DNA of 64,000 bases from a virus. Lineage: Duplodnaviria; Caudoviricetes. The notes beneath the pieces were generated by a model. The model was not told the origin of the DNA. It made no database searches and saw only the letters and a list, made by a program, of their open reading frames with translations. Position numbers and translations under genes: made by a program. Below, piece after piece: positions 28,682 to 38,459 of the stretch; position 1 is the stretch's first letter, and each line of letters begins with the position of its first letter. The stretch covers positions 1 to 64,000 of the IMG/VR virus record IMGVR_UViG_3300031466_000058, one strand, 5' to 3'.

Positions 28682-29442
28682 GTTATGGAGTAATTTATAA
28701 AATAACAAACAATATCAATGGAAAGGTTTATATAGGTCAAACGACAAAGAAGCTGTACGAAAGAATCAAAGAACATATATATAATTCTAAAAGAAATTCC
28801 CAATACGCAATTCATAAAGCAATTAGAAAGTACGGTGAAAATAATTTCAATTGGGAAATTATAGACACAGCTACTAATAGAGATGAATTGAATGATAAAG
28901 AGGTTTATTGGATTGGTAAATATAAATCAAATTCACATTTAGGCTACAATATGACAGATGGCGGTGATGGAATTAGTGGATATAAAATGAGTAATGAAAC
29001 CAAGAAAAATATAAGTAAATCTAAAATAGGAAAATATTCTAGCGGGAATCATCCTAGAGCAAAATCTGTCATACAATTATCGACAAGCGGTGAGTTTATT
29101 GGAGAATTTGCAACTTCAAAGGACGCTTCAAACGAGTTTGGTGGAGATTTTAGCGGAATATCTAAATGTTGTAAAGGAGAAATAAACTCTATGTATGGGT
29201 TTATATGGATTTATAAAGACGACTACAACGAAAATAATGTATCAAAGAGAGTTGAAATGTATAGGAATAATGGTGCTAAAAGAAGTGTTTGCAAATTCGA
29301 TAAAGATGGGAAATACATCGAAACATTTAATTCCCTAACGGAAGCGTCTTTAAGCGTAGGTGGGAATCCTAGTGCAATTTTAAGATGTTGTAAAGGTAAA
29401 CAAAAAACTCATAAAGGGTTTATTTGGAAGTTTGAAATATAA
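28678..29442 (+). CDS. Free-standing GIY-YIG homing endonuclease (NUMOD3, 2x NUMOD1)
   Basis: GVIYKITNNINGKVYIGQT, RIKEH, GYNMTDGG, MSNETKKNIS, two ISxCCKG...GFIW repeats. Confidence 0.92.
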   Translation: MSYGVIYKITNNINGKVYIGQTTKKLYERIKEHIYNSKRNSQYAIHKAIRKYGENNFNWEIIDTATNRDELNDKEVYWIGKYKSNSHLGYNMTDGGDGISGYKMSNETKKNISKSKIGKYSSGNHPRAKSVIQLSTSGEFIGEFATSKDASNEFGGDFSGISKCCKGEINSMYGFIWIYKDDYNENNVSKRVEMYRNNGAKRSVCKFDKDGKYIETFNSLTEASLSVGGNPSAILRCCKGKQKTHKGFIWKFEI

Positions 29443-29466
29443 TAGATTAATAAGGAGTGGTGTATA

Positions 29467-29757
29467 ATGTCTAATATTACAAAGCAAACACGAAGAGAAT
29501 CTTATGATAAAATTATCAATGATTTGGGTAAACGACAGTTAGAGGTGTACATCAATCTACAACAATTTGATAATGGTGCTACCGCTAAAGAACTAGCTGT
29601 ACATATGCATCAAGCAGGTTTAGTAGCTTCACCAGAACGTAATAGTGTACACCCAAGATTAAACGAATTAGTAGCAAAAGGATTGATTGAAATTGTAGGG
29701 AAGAAACTATGTACTTTCACTAATCGAAAAGTAGCGGTATATAAAGTATCGGTATAA
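29467..29757 (+). CDS. Winged-HTH DNA-binding protein
   Basis: ATAKELA...NSVHPRLNELVAKGLIE. Confidence 0.75.
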   Translation: MSNITKQTRRESYDKIINDLGKRQLEVYINLQQFDNGATAKELAVHMHQAGLVASPERNSVHPRLNELVAKGLIEIVGKKLCTFTNRKVAVYKVSV

Positions 29758-29832
29758 AAGGTAGATATTTATGTTTTAAATTATTTTTAATTTACTATAT
29801 GGATAGATTTTAAATAAAAAAGGTGATTAATT

Positions 29833-31452
29833 ATGAATAAAGCTGATTTAATACATAAACAGTTTATTAAACGTATCTTAATAGAGGGGTGTAAGGATAA
29901 AAACCCTAGACCTAGATATGTAAGTGATGGAAATCCTGCACACTCAATATTTATCACAAACGCTTTTGAAGAGTATGATATTTCGAAAGGTGAAATACCT
30001 ATAACCACTCTTAGACCAATAAGTTGGAAAAGTGCAATCAATGAATTGCTTGCGATATACCAGAGTCAAACAAATACCCAAGAAGGCTTTGAAAGTCATA
30101 AAGTTGGATGGTGGAAGCCATGGATGAACGAAGAAGGAAATATTGGTCGTGCCTATTCTTATAATTTAGAAAGTCATAGACTAGACGAAATGAAGAGAGA
30201 AGTAGTAAAAATTAAAAATAGGATTATTGATGAAAAGTATGGTGAACCAAAAGATATTGGACTGATTAATCCAATACAAGAATCTATTGATGGTGAAGTG
30301 TATTTTGACAGATATATTGTTATTGGCAAATCTGAAAAAACCGATTCTAAAAAAAGAAAATATTATTACATTCAATTTATAAAAACAGGATACATAACAG
30401 AATTGAGAAAAGACCAAATTGGAAAATCTAAATCATTTGACCCATACGAAAGAACGATATATGGAATAGGTTATTTAGGCAACTATAAATCTGTTTGCAA
30501 TTTTACAGATAAACAAATAGAAATCCTAAAAGATAAATGGGAGAATATGTTTAGAAAATGTTATTCTGATAGATATGAGCATAAAGATTTGTATGAAAAT
30601 ATATTTGTACATCAAGATTGGCACTCTTTTGAGCAGTTTTTAAGAGATGTGAGATATTTACCACAATATCACCTTGCAAAAGAGGATGATTTTAAAGATT
30701 GGGATTTAGATAAAGATTATTACGGAAGTAATTGTTATAGTAAAAACACTTGTGTATTTCTTCAAAGCAATGAAAACAAGCTTTATTCAAAATCGAGTCC
30801 TTTCAAATATAAAGGTAAGATATATATTTCACAACATGACTTTGCCAAAGAGTATAATACTAGTCAAAGCTATGTGTCAAGAGTATTGAAAAAAGGAGTA
30901 TATAAAGGAGAGCCTATCGAACTTGCAGAAGATAAAGATTCGCTTTACCGTTATGAATTATCTAGGAATCAAGTTAATGAACTTTTAAGAGAGTTAAAAG
31001 AAAACCCTTTTAGTCGTAGGCATATGCTGTCATTTTACAATTGGGCTAATCAAGATAAAAAACAACTTGTTGAATGTGCATTTATGACGTTATGGAGTGT
31101 TAGAAGAGTTGGAGATGAAATGTACTTAGATTGTACACTAATTCAAAGGTCGTCAGACTATTTAGTGGCTGGATTTATAAATTGTATACAATATGTAGCG
31201 TTGCAAATGATGATAGCACAACATTGTGGATATAGGGTTGGTAAATTTGCTAGATTTACTCAAAACCTACATATCTATTCTCGCCACATAGAACAAGCAT
31301 ATGAGCTACTTAGGAGAGAGCCATCTCTAATACAGCCTAAATTAATTCTAAACGCAGAGGGAAAATCATTTTATGAAATAGAGAAAAGTGACTTCGAATT
31401 AATAGACTATCATCCTGTCCGACCACAATTAAAGTTTGATTTAGGTGTCTAA
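29833..31452 (+). CDS. thyA: Thymidylate synthase (Bacillus ThyA type) with ~266-aa in-frame HNH-like insertion
   Basis: PITTLR, WKPW, IGRAY, NPFSRRH, catalytic ECAF, QRSSD...N, NLHIY; insert 30169-30966. Confidence 0.9.
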   Translation: MNKADLIHKQFIKRILIEGCKDKNPRPRYVSDGNPAHSIFITNAFEEYDISKGEIPITTLRPISWKSAINELLAIYQSQTNTQEGFESHKVGWWKPWMNEEGNIGRAYSYNLESHRLDEMKREVVKIKNRIIDEKYGEPKDIGLINPIQESIDGEVYFDRYIVIGKSEKTDSKKRKYYYIQFIKTGYITELRKDQIGKSKSFDPYERTIYGIGYLGNYKSVCNFTDKQIEILKDKWENMFRKCYSDRYEHKDLYENIFVHQDWHSFEQFLRDVRYLPQYHLAKEDDFKDWDLDKDYYGSNCYSKNTCVFLQSNENKLYSKSSPFKYKGKIYISQHDFAKEYNTSQSYVSRVLKKGVYKGEPIELAEDKDSLYRYELSRNQVNELLRELKENPFSRRHMLSFYNWANQDKKQLVECAFMTLWSVRRVGDEMYLDCTLIQRSSDYLVAGFINCIQYVALQMMIAQHCGYRVGKFARFTQNLHIYSRHIEQAYELLRREPSLIQPKLILNAEGKSFYEIEKSDFELIDYHPVRPQLKFDLGV

Positions 31453-31501
31453 TATCTTAGAATTAGAGGTACGAAAAGAAGATAATATTTGGCGGTAGAT
31501 A

Positions 31502-31620
31502 GAATTTGAATCTCTTAAACAAGTACAAGAAATAACAGAAATAAATTACATGAATATATCTAAAGTTTGTCGTGGTGAGGGTAGGACAGCAGGTGGATAT
31601 ATTTGGAAGTATATATATAA
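31502..31620 (+). pseudogene. NUMOD1 relic of a homing endonuclease
   Basis: EFESLKQVQEITEINYMNISKVCRGEGRTAGGYIWKY. Confidence 0.65.
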
Positions 31621-31632
31621 AGGAGAGACTGA

Positions 31633-31870
31633 CGTGAAGATTATAGTTACACATGAACGTAGTGATGACTTTACATATGAAGCTTTAGAGATAGTTATTG
31701 ATGATACATATAAGTTTAGCGTACATCATTCAGAAGATTCACCAGAAGATAACACATTATATAGAAATTTTTCTGATTGCCTTGACATTCCAAATATGCT
31801 ACAGCGAGCATATGAAGCAGGGCGTAGAGGTGAACCGTTTGAAGTAGAATATTATGGAGAAGAGGATTAA
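31633..31870 (+). CDS. Small acidic hypothetical protein
   Basis: RBS AAGGAG and GTG at about 31634; PEDNTLYRNF. Confidence 0.65.
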
Positions 31871-31873
31871 ATT

Positions 31874-32365
31874 ATGATTACATTAATTGTTATGATAGAT
31901 ATGGCAGATGGTATGGGAGATAAAAATGGTAAACTATTGTTTAACATACCTAGACATAATGCTAGATTTAAAAATGAGACAAAAGGCAAGAAGATAGTTA
32001 TGGGAAGGAAAACATGGGATTCTCTTCCTAAAAAACTATTAAGAAATAGGGATAAATATGTTTTAACTAGAAACGAAGATTTCAAAGCTAATGGTGCTAG
32101 TGTTATACACTCCATTGATGAAGTTTTGGAATTGGCTAATGATAGCGATGTAGTTGTTGTGGGTGGTGGCGATATTTTCAATCAGCTAATACCTTACGCA
32201 GACAAATTAATTATTACACACGTACATGAATTTAATTTTAATGCAAGGGTGTTTTTCCCAGAATTTTCACCTAAAGATTGGAAGATTCAGGGGAATGAGA
32301 AGTTTGAAGAAACAGATAATCTGCCATCATTTACGTTTGCAACATACAATAAAAAGACTAACTAA
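31874..32365 (+). CDS. dfrA: Dihydrofolate reductase
   Basis: FKNETKGKKIVMGRKTWDSLP, RDKYVLT, VVGGG, ITHV, FFP. Confidence 0.92.
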   Translation: MITLIVMIDMADGMGDKNGKLLFNIPRHNARFKNETKGKKIVMGRKTWDSLPKKLLRNRDKYVLTRNEDFKANGASVIHSIDEVLELANDSDVVVVGGGDIFNQLIPYADKLIITHVHEFNFNARVFFPEFSPKDWKIQGNEKFEETDNLPSFTFATYNKKTN

Positions 32366-32378
32366 GGGAGTGCTGTTA

Positions 32379-32966
32379 ATGCAACAAAATGAAGATATTC
32401 TTAATCTAAGCAGAAAAATAATCATCTCATCTCCAATCGACAGCAACGTTGCAGAGCAGGTTGTTGCTCAGATTATGAATATTAATGAATTTGATAATCA
32501 GATGAGTGTTGTTAGTACATATCAACCACAGCCTATTGAAATCTATATTAATAGTGGTGGCGGTAGTGCAACAGATGGATTTGCCATCATTGGAGCTATG
32601 GAAATGTCAGAGACACCAATTTTTACATATGGATTAGGAATTGTAGCGTCTATGGCTTTAGGAATCTTTGTCAAAGGAGATTATCGTATTGCCCATCGTT
32701 ACACAAGATTTATGTATCATTCAGTTGCTTATGGTGAGATGGGATACATTCAAGACCATGAAGATTCACTTCGTGAGTCAAAATTAATACAATATATGTA
32801 TGATGACTTATTTAAAGAAACAAAAATCACTAGAGAGGAAATGGATAAAATTAGAAAAAGCAAAACTGATTTTTTCTTTAGTGGGAAGGAAGCTGTTGCA
32901 TTAGGTGTTGCAGATGAAGTAACTAAGAAACCACAAAAGAAAATACAGTTTTTAACGAAGGAGTAG
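32379..32966 (+). CDS. ClpP-like protease
   Basis: IYINSGGGS, VASMA (Ser), FMYH (His), DFFFSGKEAVALGVAD. Confidence 0.88.
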   Translation: MQQNEDILNLSRKIIISSPIDSNVAEQVVAQIMNINEFDNQMSVVSTYQPQPIEIYINSGGGSATDGFAIIGAMEMSETPIFTYGLGIVASMALGIFVKGDYRIAHRYTRFMYHSVAYGEMGYIQDHEDSLRESKLIQYMYDDLFKETKITREEMDKIRKSKTDFFFSGKEAVALGVADEVTKKPQKKIQFLTKE

Positions 32967-33003
32967 TTTCAAGCTGTGCAGAAAGAGCTAAAGAAAGAGT
33001 AAT

Positions 33004-33072
33004 AATAATTTAGAGTGGTAGACTTTACCACTCTAAATTATTCTTGACAGGTATCACAAATAATGGTATAAT
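33004..33072 (+). promoter_or_regulatory. Terminator hairpin (33004-33042) followed by sigma-A promoter (33044-33072)
   Basis: 17-bp inverted repeat; TTGACA-N17-TATAAT. Confidence 0.85.
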
Positions 33073-33104
33073 ATATACATAACGTATTAGGGAGAGTTAG
33101 ATAT

Positions 33105-33689
33105 ATGATTATTACATACACAGGGAGACATTTCGACTACAAGAATATTACTAAGGATAGCATCAATAAAGAAGATATTATACCTGCATTAACCAGAATT
33201 AACAGATTCGTAGGTCATACATTCAGACCTTACAGCGTAGGAGAACACACGTTCTGGTGTTATATGATGGCTAAAAAATTGGGATATTCCATTCGTGAAC
33301 AGCTATTGGTATTCATACACGATTTTACAGAAGCATATTGTGGTGATGTAAATACAGATTTGAAGAATCTATTACCAGAATATAAACGCATTGAAAAAGA
33401 AGTTGAACTAGCTGTATATGGGTATTTAGGTATTAATCCACCAACAGAAGAAGAGAAGTTTAAAATTAAGGTAGTAGATTACACTATGTTAGTGGTTGAA
33501 ATGAGAGATATAACATGTCACAACCATTTGAGAAAAATCGAAGAACTAGAAGATTATATCGCTGTTGATATATTAGATGAATTTAAGTTACATTCAGATG
33601 TTAATATTGATGATAGGGCTTGGATGGTTGTATTAAATATTATTCTTGACCACCTTTTAGAATTATATAAAAATGAATATAATAACTGA
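33105..33689 (+). CDS. HD-domain 5'-deoxynucleotidase (YfdR/YfbR-like)
   Basis: TYTG, RFVGH, YSVGEH, IHDFTEAYCGD, KVVD. Confidence 0.85.
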   Translation: MIITYTGRHFDYKNITKDSINKEDIIPALTRINRFVGHTFRPYSVGEHTFWCYMMAKKLGYSIREQLLVFIHDFTEAYCGDVNTDLKNLLPEYKRIEKEVELAVYGYLGINPPTEEEKFKIKVVDYTMLVVEMRDITCHNHLRKIEELEDYIAVDILDEFKLHSDVNIDDRAWMVVLNIILDHLLELYKNEYNN

Positions 33690-33705
33690 AAAAGGGGTAA
33701 GTGAT

Positions 33706-34287
33706 ATGGGTAGAAGAAATTTTTTTCATGGAACGATGAACGCTTCTAAATCTGCACAGTTGTTAATTCAAGCGTTTAATTTGGAGCGACAAGGAAAGAG
33801 TTTAATCGTTTTTAAACCTTCTATTGATATAAGAGATAAGGGTGTAGTTAGGTCAAGAGCATTAGACGAAGAAAGAAAAGCTATTGTAGTGCCTAGCGAT
33901 GCCAAAGGCTTTATGTATAATATTATTAAAAACAATCCAAAAGTTAATTCTATATTTATAGATGAATTGCAATTTATGAAGGCACACCAAGTTGAAGAGT
34001 TAGCAAAAATTTCTATTGACTTTAACAAAAATATATTTGCATACGGTCTTTTATTAGACTATAGGGGTAATTTATTTGAAGGAGCTAAGAAAGCTATTGA
34101 ATGTGGCTTCACTCTGCATGAATTAAAGATACAATGCGATTTCTGTAACTCGAAGGCGACAAATCATTTGCTATACATAGATGGTAAACTAGTTACTAAA
34201 GGTGAACCAATTCACGTAGGAGACCAAGAATATAAAAGCGTCTGTTATCCATGTTTTTTGAGAGAAGTTGATAAGCATAAAAAATAA
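33706..34287 (+). CDS. tdk: Thymidine kinase
   Basis: GTMNASKS, FKPSID.R, IDELQF, YGL..DY, CDFC, VGDQEY..VCYPC. Confidence 0.93.
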   Translation: MGRRNFFHGTMNASKSAQLLIQAFNLERQGKSLIVFKPSIDIRDKGVVRSRALDEERKAIVVPSDAKGFMYNIIKNNPKVNSIFIDELQFMKAHQVEELAKISIDFNKNIFAYGLLLDYRGNLFEGAKKAIECGFTLHELKIQCDFCNSKATNHLLYIDGKLVTKGEPIHVGDQEYKSVCYPCFLREVDKHKK

Positions 34288-34297
34288 TAATTTAATA

Positions 34298-34344
34298 TTG
34301 ACACTTGGACGATAACCTGTTATAATATAAAAATATAACAGGTT
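34298..34344 (+). promoter_or_regulatory. sigma-A promoter whose -10 box overlaps a 12-bp inverted repeat
   Basis: TTGACA-N17-TATAAT; TAACCTGTTATA...TATAACAGGTTA. Confidence 0.8.
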
Positions 34345-34374
34345 ACTTCTATATTAAAAAGAGGAGGAAGAAAC

Positions 34375-34962
34375 GTGAATAATAAAAGATTTAACGTTGG
34401 AGATATTGTTAAGTCGAAGTTTTTGGAAGAAACACATTACTACATAGTTACAGACTCAATTGATTTTTCAGCAAATGAAAAAGATATTGATATAGATTAT
34501 GAGATTGTGTTAATTTATCCTGTATTTGAAAACCCTAAAATTAAGAACATGACTCATGAAAAGCTTGTTAAAGTTGCAGATTTCAAATCTAGAGACTACG
34601 GAATTTTAATGGATTACATTATTAGAGAGCGTATTGCACGTGGATTTAAAAATATTCCAGACAATATTAAGCATGTTGTTTTAGGTGAGAAAGATGATAA
34701 ACCAATGTCAATAAGCAAATCTTCTAAACCTGTAAAATCAAAGGTAAAACCTAAAAAGTTTGGAGTTAAAGAAATTAATGCAATTCTGAATGAAACAAAA
34801 ACAGATAATAGAATTGAAGAGCTTAAAGTTGAAATGGATAACGTACTAGATTCTCTAAACGAATCTATTAAAAATAAAGATGATGAGAATATTAAATTAC
34901 ATAAAGAGAGGCTCAAAAACATTAGAAGAGAATTAATGGAGTTAGAGTATTTCACGCCATAA
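34375..34962 (+). CDS. Hypothetical protein (SH3-like N-terminus, coiled-coil C-terminus)
   Basis: FNVGDIVK; RBS GAGGAGG. Confidence 0.7.
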   Translation: MNNKRFNVGDIVKSKFLEETHYYIVTDSIDFSANEKDIDIDYEIVLIYPVFENPKIKNMTHEKLVKVADFKSRDYGILMDYIIRERIARGFKNIPDNIKHVVLGEKDDKPMSISKSSKPVKSKVKPKKFGVKEINAILNETKTDNRIEELKVEMDNVLDSLNESIKNKDDENIKLHKERLKNIRRELMELEYFTP

Positions 34963-34987
34963 TTAGCTTGAAAGGATGATTTACTTA

Positions 34988-37900
34988 ATGAGATATGAAA
35001 ATATTCATAAGCACACAATGTATTCAAACATCATGACACCAGATTCAATTATAACTATTGAGGATATTGCTAAAAGAGCTGTTGAATTAGGTCACAAAAC
35101 AATATCTACAGTTGAGCATGGATATGCAGGTAATGTTTTTGAGTATTATGATGTTGCAAAAAAATATGGATTAAAAATGATTTTTGGTGTAGAGTTTTAC
35201 TATGTTGAAAATCGTTTTGAAAAGGATAGAACTAATGCACATTTATTAATATTAGCAAAAAACAATGAAGGCAAAAGACAATTAACTAAATTGATATCGG
35301 AAGCTAATAAAACTGGATTCTATCATAAACCAAGAATTGACAAAGAATTATTATTCTCACTTGACCCGAAAGATGTTGTGGTTACATCTACATGTATAGC
35401 AAGTCCTTTCAATTTATATAATGATGAATCTTTCATTTTTGATTGCTATCAACACTTTGGAAATAACTTTTATTTAGAGTTGCACGATAACACACATGTT
35501 AAACAAGTAGAATACAATAAAAAATTACTTTATATGCATGAAAAATATGGTATTGAATTTATATTTGCAACCGACACACATTACATATATGAAGAGGATG
35601 CTAAATGGAGAGATTTATTCCTGAAAGGTAAGGATATTCACTACCCAGAAGAAGAAGGGTTTATTTTGGATTACCCTACATCTGACAAAATCTTTGAGAG
35701 ATTCGAGAAACAAGGTGTTTTTACACGCAAACAAATTGAACGTGCATTAGAAAATACACTTATTGTTGATGACTTTGAAGAAATTAAAATGTCTAAAGAC
35801 ATTAAAATGCCTTCAATATATCCAGAGTTGAGCCACGAAGAAAAAATTAAAAAACTCAAAAAAATTGTCAATGAAGAATGGAAAAAAGATAGAGAGAATA
35901 TACCAAAAGAAAAACACAAAGAATACATAAAAGCAATTCAATATGAGATGAATATTATTGAAGAAACTAAAATGGAGGATTATTTCTTATTAAACTACCA
36001 TGTAATTAAAAGAGCAAAAGAAAAGGGTGGTGTTTTAACTAGAACTGGAAGAGGTAGTGCACCTTCATTTTACTTAAATAAACTTCTTGGATTTACTGAG
36101 ATTGATAGATTGAATGCACCTATCACATTATACCCTACACGATTCATGTCTATTTCAAGGATTTTAGAAACACGGAGTCTTCCAGACATAGATTTTAATA
36201 CCGCCAACCCACAACCCTTTATTGATGCAACCAGAGAAATACTGGGCGAGGATAACTGTTATTGGATGACAGCATATGGAACTATGCAGGAATCAGAAGC
36301 ATTTAGGAATTTGTGTCGTGCATTAGAAATAGATTATAACACAACCAACAAAGTAGCCAAAAACCTAGAAGAATATCGGAACAGTGAAGAATTTGGAAAA
36401 ATAATTGAAGACTCAAAAAAATTTATTGGCGTAATTGATTCAGTTTCACCACATCCATGCGCAAATCTGCTCTTATCAAAGCCGATTTCAGAAGAAATTG
36501 GTATTATTAAAGTTGGTGATGAATATTGTGCTTTAATTGATTCTGGAACATCTGATGATTGGAAATATTTAAAAAATGACTACCTTACTGTAACGGTTTG
36601 GGAAATAATTTCAAAAGTATTCAAAAAAATAAATAAACCAATACCAGATGTACGAACATTGACAAAATTAGTGGAAAACAATGACAGAATATGGCAACTA
36701 TATGAGAAAGGATTGACAGCAACACTAAACCAAGCAGGAACAGATAGTGGTACGCCACAGGTAATGCAATATAAACCAAGGAATATTAGAGAATTATCAG
36801 GCTGGGTTTCAGCCATTAGACCTGCATTTGCATCAATGAAACATTATTTCTTGAATAGGGAAACATTCTCTTATGGTATCCCTGAATTTGATAAATTACT
36901 AAAAGAAAGTGACAACTTTATTTTGTATCAAGAAAACATCATGAGGGTATTGGTTTATGCAGGATTCCCAGAAGATGAAACATATGGCTTGTTAAAAGCA
37001 ATCGCTAAGAAGAAGAAAGGTATAATTGAGCCTATTCATGATAAATTTATTAAAGGATTTGTTGAAAAAACTGGAAGTGAAGAACAAGCTAAGAAAGTAT
37101 GGAAAATTATTGAAGATGCTGTAGGGTATGGATTCAATTCTTCACATGCTTATGCTGTGGCACTAGACAGTATTTATGGTGCATATCTAAAAGCAGAGTA
37201 TCCTTTAGACTATTACTCTGTTGTTTTAAATATATATGAAGATAATGTAGATATGCAAGCCAAAATCTTAAAAGAATTAAAACACTTCAACATTAAACTA
37301 TTACCAATCGAATTTGGAAAATCTGGTGCAGAATATACAGCTGACCATGAAACAAATTCAATATATAAAGGAATTTCTTCGATTAAGTATTTGAATAAAA
37401 AAATTGCAGAAGAATTATTACAGTTGTCCGAAGAAAATCAATACGATAAAAATGATTTTACATCTTTGTTAAAAGACATTATAGAAAAAACATCAGTGAA
37501 TACTCGTCAAATGGAAATATTGATTAGATTGGATTTCTTTAAAAAATTTGGGAGAAAAGAAGTTTTATTGGAATTGTTTTTAGCAATGACAGGAAAGAAA
37601 AAAGCTAATACTAAACTGTATCCAGAATTTGCAGACAAAGAAGTAATAGAAGAAAAAATCAACAAAAAAACAGGAGAAGTTAAGAAAAAAAAGAAAATAA
37701 TCAAAAAATCATTAAAATATGATGCAAATCTAAAAGAAACAACAAAAGAAGAAAGACTTAAAAATATGAAGGATTATGAAAAGGCTGTTAGAGAAAATCC
37801 TCCACAAAAAATTGAATTATATGACCAAATCAATTTTGAAAAAGAAGTTTTGGGTTATGCGGTTTCTACATATCCTCAATTACCAGATAATGTTGTGCTT

Positions 37901-38161
37901 GTATTAGATGTAAACACTAAATACAAACCTGTGCTAACTTTATATAAAGTGAAAACAGGTGAAGAAGTTTGGGTTAAAGTTGATAAGAAGAAATTCTTTA
38001 TCAACGATGAATACTTGCTTTATAAAGGTGATATTATACAAATACTAGAAATTGAGAACAGATACGGTTGGAAACGTATAGATGGTAAATGGGTTGAGGA
38101 CAAAAATAAGATTGAACCACACTTAAACAAATGTAAAATAATCAGAAGAGCAAGTAGATAA
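34988..38161 (+). CDS. dnaE: DNA polymerase III alpha subunit (phage DnaE, SPbeta YorL-like)
   Basis: PHP HKHT..S, VEHG, TDTHY; GRGSA, PDIDFN, HPCA, LYQE, YGFNSSHA. Confidence 0.95.
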   Translation: MRYENIHKHTMYSNIMTPDSIITIEDIAKRAVELGHKTISTVEHGYAGNVFEYYDVAKKYGLKMIFGVEFYYVENRFEKDRTNAHLLILAKNNEGKRQLTKLISEANKTGFYHKPRIDKELLFSLDPKDVVVTSTCIASPFNLYNDESFIFDCYQHFGNNFYLELHDNTHVKQVEYNKKLLYMHEKYGIEFIFATDTHYIYEEDAKWRDLFLKGKDIHYPEEEGFILDYPTSDKIFERFEKQGVFTRKQIERALENTLIVDDFEEIKMSKDIKMPSIYPELSHEEKIKKLKKIVNEEWKKDRENIPKEKHKEYIKAIQYEMNIIEETKMEDYFLLNYHVIKRAKEKGGVLTRTGRGSAPSFYLNKLLGFTEIDRLNAPITLYPTRFMSISRILETRSLPDIDFNTANPQPFIDATREILGEDNCYWMTAYGTMQESEAFRNLCRALEIDYNTTNKVAKNLEEYRNSEEFGKIIEDSKKFIGVIDSVSPHPCANLLLSKPISEEIGIIKVGDEYCALIDSGTSDDWKYLKNDYLTVTVWEIISKVFKKINKPIPDVRTLTKLVENNDRIWQLYEKGLTATLNQAGTDSGTPQVMQYKPRNIRELSGWVSAIRPAFASMKHYFLNRETFSYGIPEFDKLLKESDNFILYQENIMRVLVYAGFPEDETYGLLKAIAKKKKGIIEPIHDKFIKGFVEKTGSEEQAKKVWKIIEDAVGYGFNSSHAYAVALDSIYGAYLKAEYPLDYYSVVLNIYEDNVDMQAKILKELKHFNIKLLPIEFGKSGAEYTADHETNSIYKGISSIKYLNKKIAEELLQLSEENQYDKNDFTSLLKDIIEKTSVNTRQMEILIRLDFFKKFGRKEVLLELFLAMTGKKKANTKLYPEFADKEVIEEKINKKTGEVKKKKKIIKKSLKYDANLKETTKEERLKNMKDYEKAVRENPPQKIELYDQINFEKEVLGYAVSTYPQLPDNVVLVLDVNTKYKPVLTLYKVKTGEEVWVKVDKKKFFINDEYLLYKGDIIQILEIENRYGWKRIDGKWVEDKNKIEPHLNKCKIIRRASR

Positions 38162-38165
38162 TTAC

Positions 38166-38232
38166 TTGACAATAATTTGGAAGTGTGTTATAATAATACT
38201 AGACGGTAGAGATACTGTCTAGTATATTTTTT
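38166..38232 (+). promoter_or_regulatory. sigma-A promoter immediately followed by a terminator-like hairpin
   Basis: TTGACA-N17-TATAAT; ATACTAGACGGTA-gaga-TACTGTCTAGTAT followed by a T run. Confidence 0.75.
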
Positions 38233-38276
38233 AACTAAAGGGAAATGATATATAAAGATGAAGAGAGGTTTTAGTA

Positions 38277-38459
38277 ATGCGATTCAACAAAGAAGAGGCA
38301 AAGAAATTTACATTTATCAAGAGGGAAAATTTAGGTAAATGCCCTTGCTGTGATAAAGAAGTGCACAACGACCAATTATATGTAGAAGAAGACAATAACG
38401 TATATCATTATTCATGCTACAACTATATGAAGGCAGAAGATGATGGTGTCAATGGGTAA
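38277..38459 (+). CDS. Small zinc-binding protein
   Basis: CPCC...YHYSC; RBS GAGG. Confidence 0.65.
   Translation: MRFNKEEAKKFTFIKRENLGKCPCCDKEVHNDQLYVEEDNNVYHYSCYNYMKAEDDGVNG

Noticed and set aside
29754-29772. Further candidate junction sites (29754, about 19960, 4173)
   Set aside because: Too degenerate or wrong spacer length to separate from AT-rich background.
29833-33689. Possible modified-base pathway (ThyA-like protein plus HD nucleotidase)
   Set aside because: ThyA keeps the dUMP-specifying Asn and is paired with DHFR; no PurZ, hydroxymethylase partner or glycosyltransferase is seen in the window.
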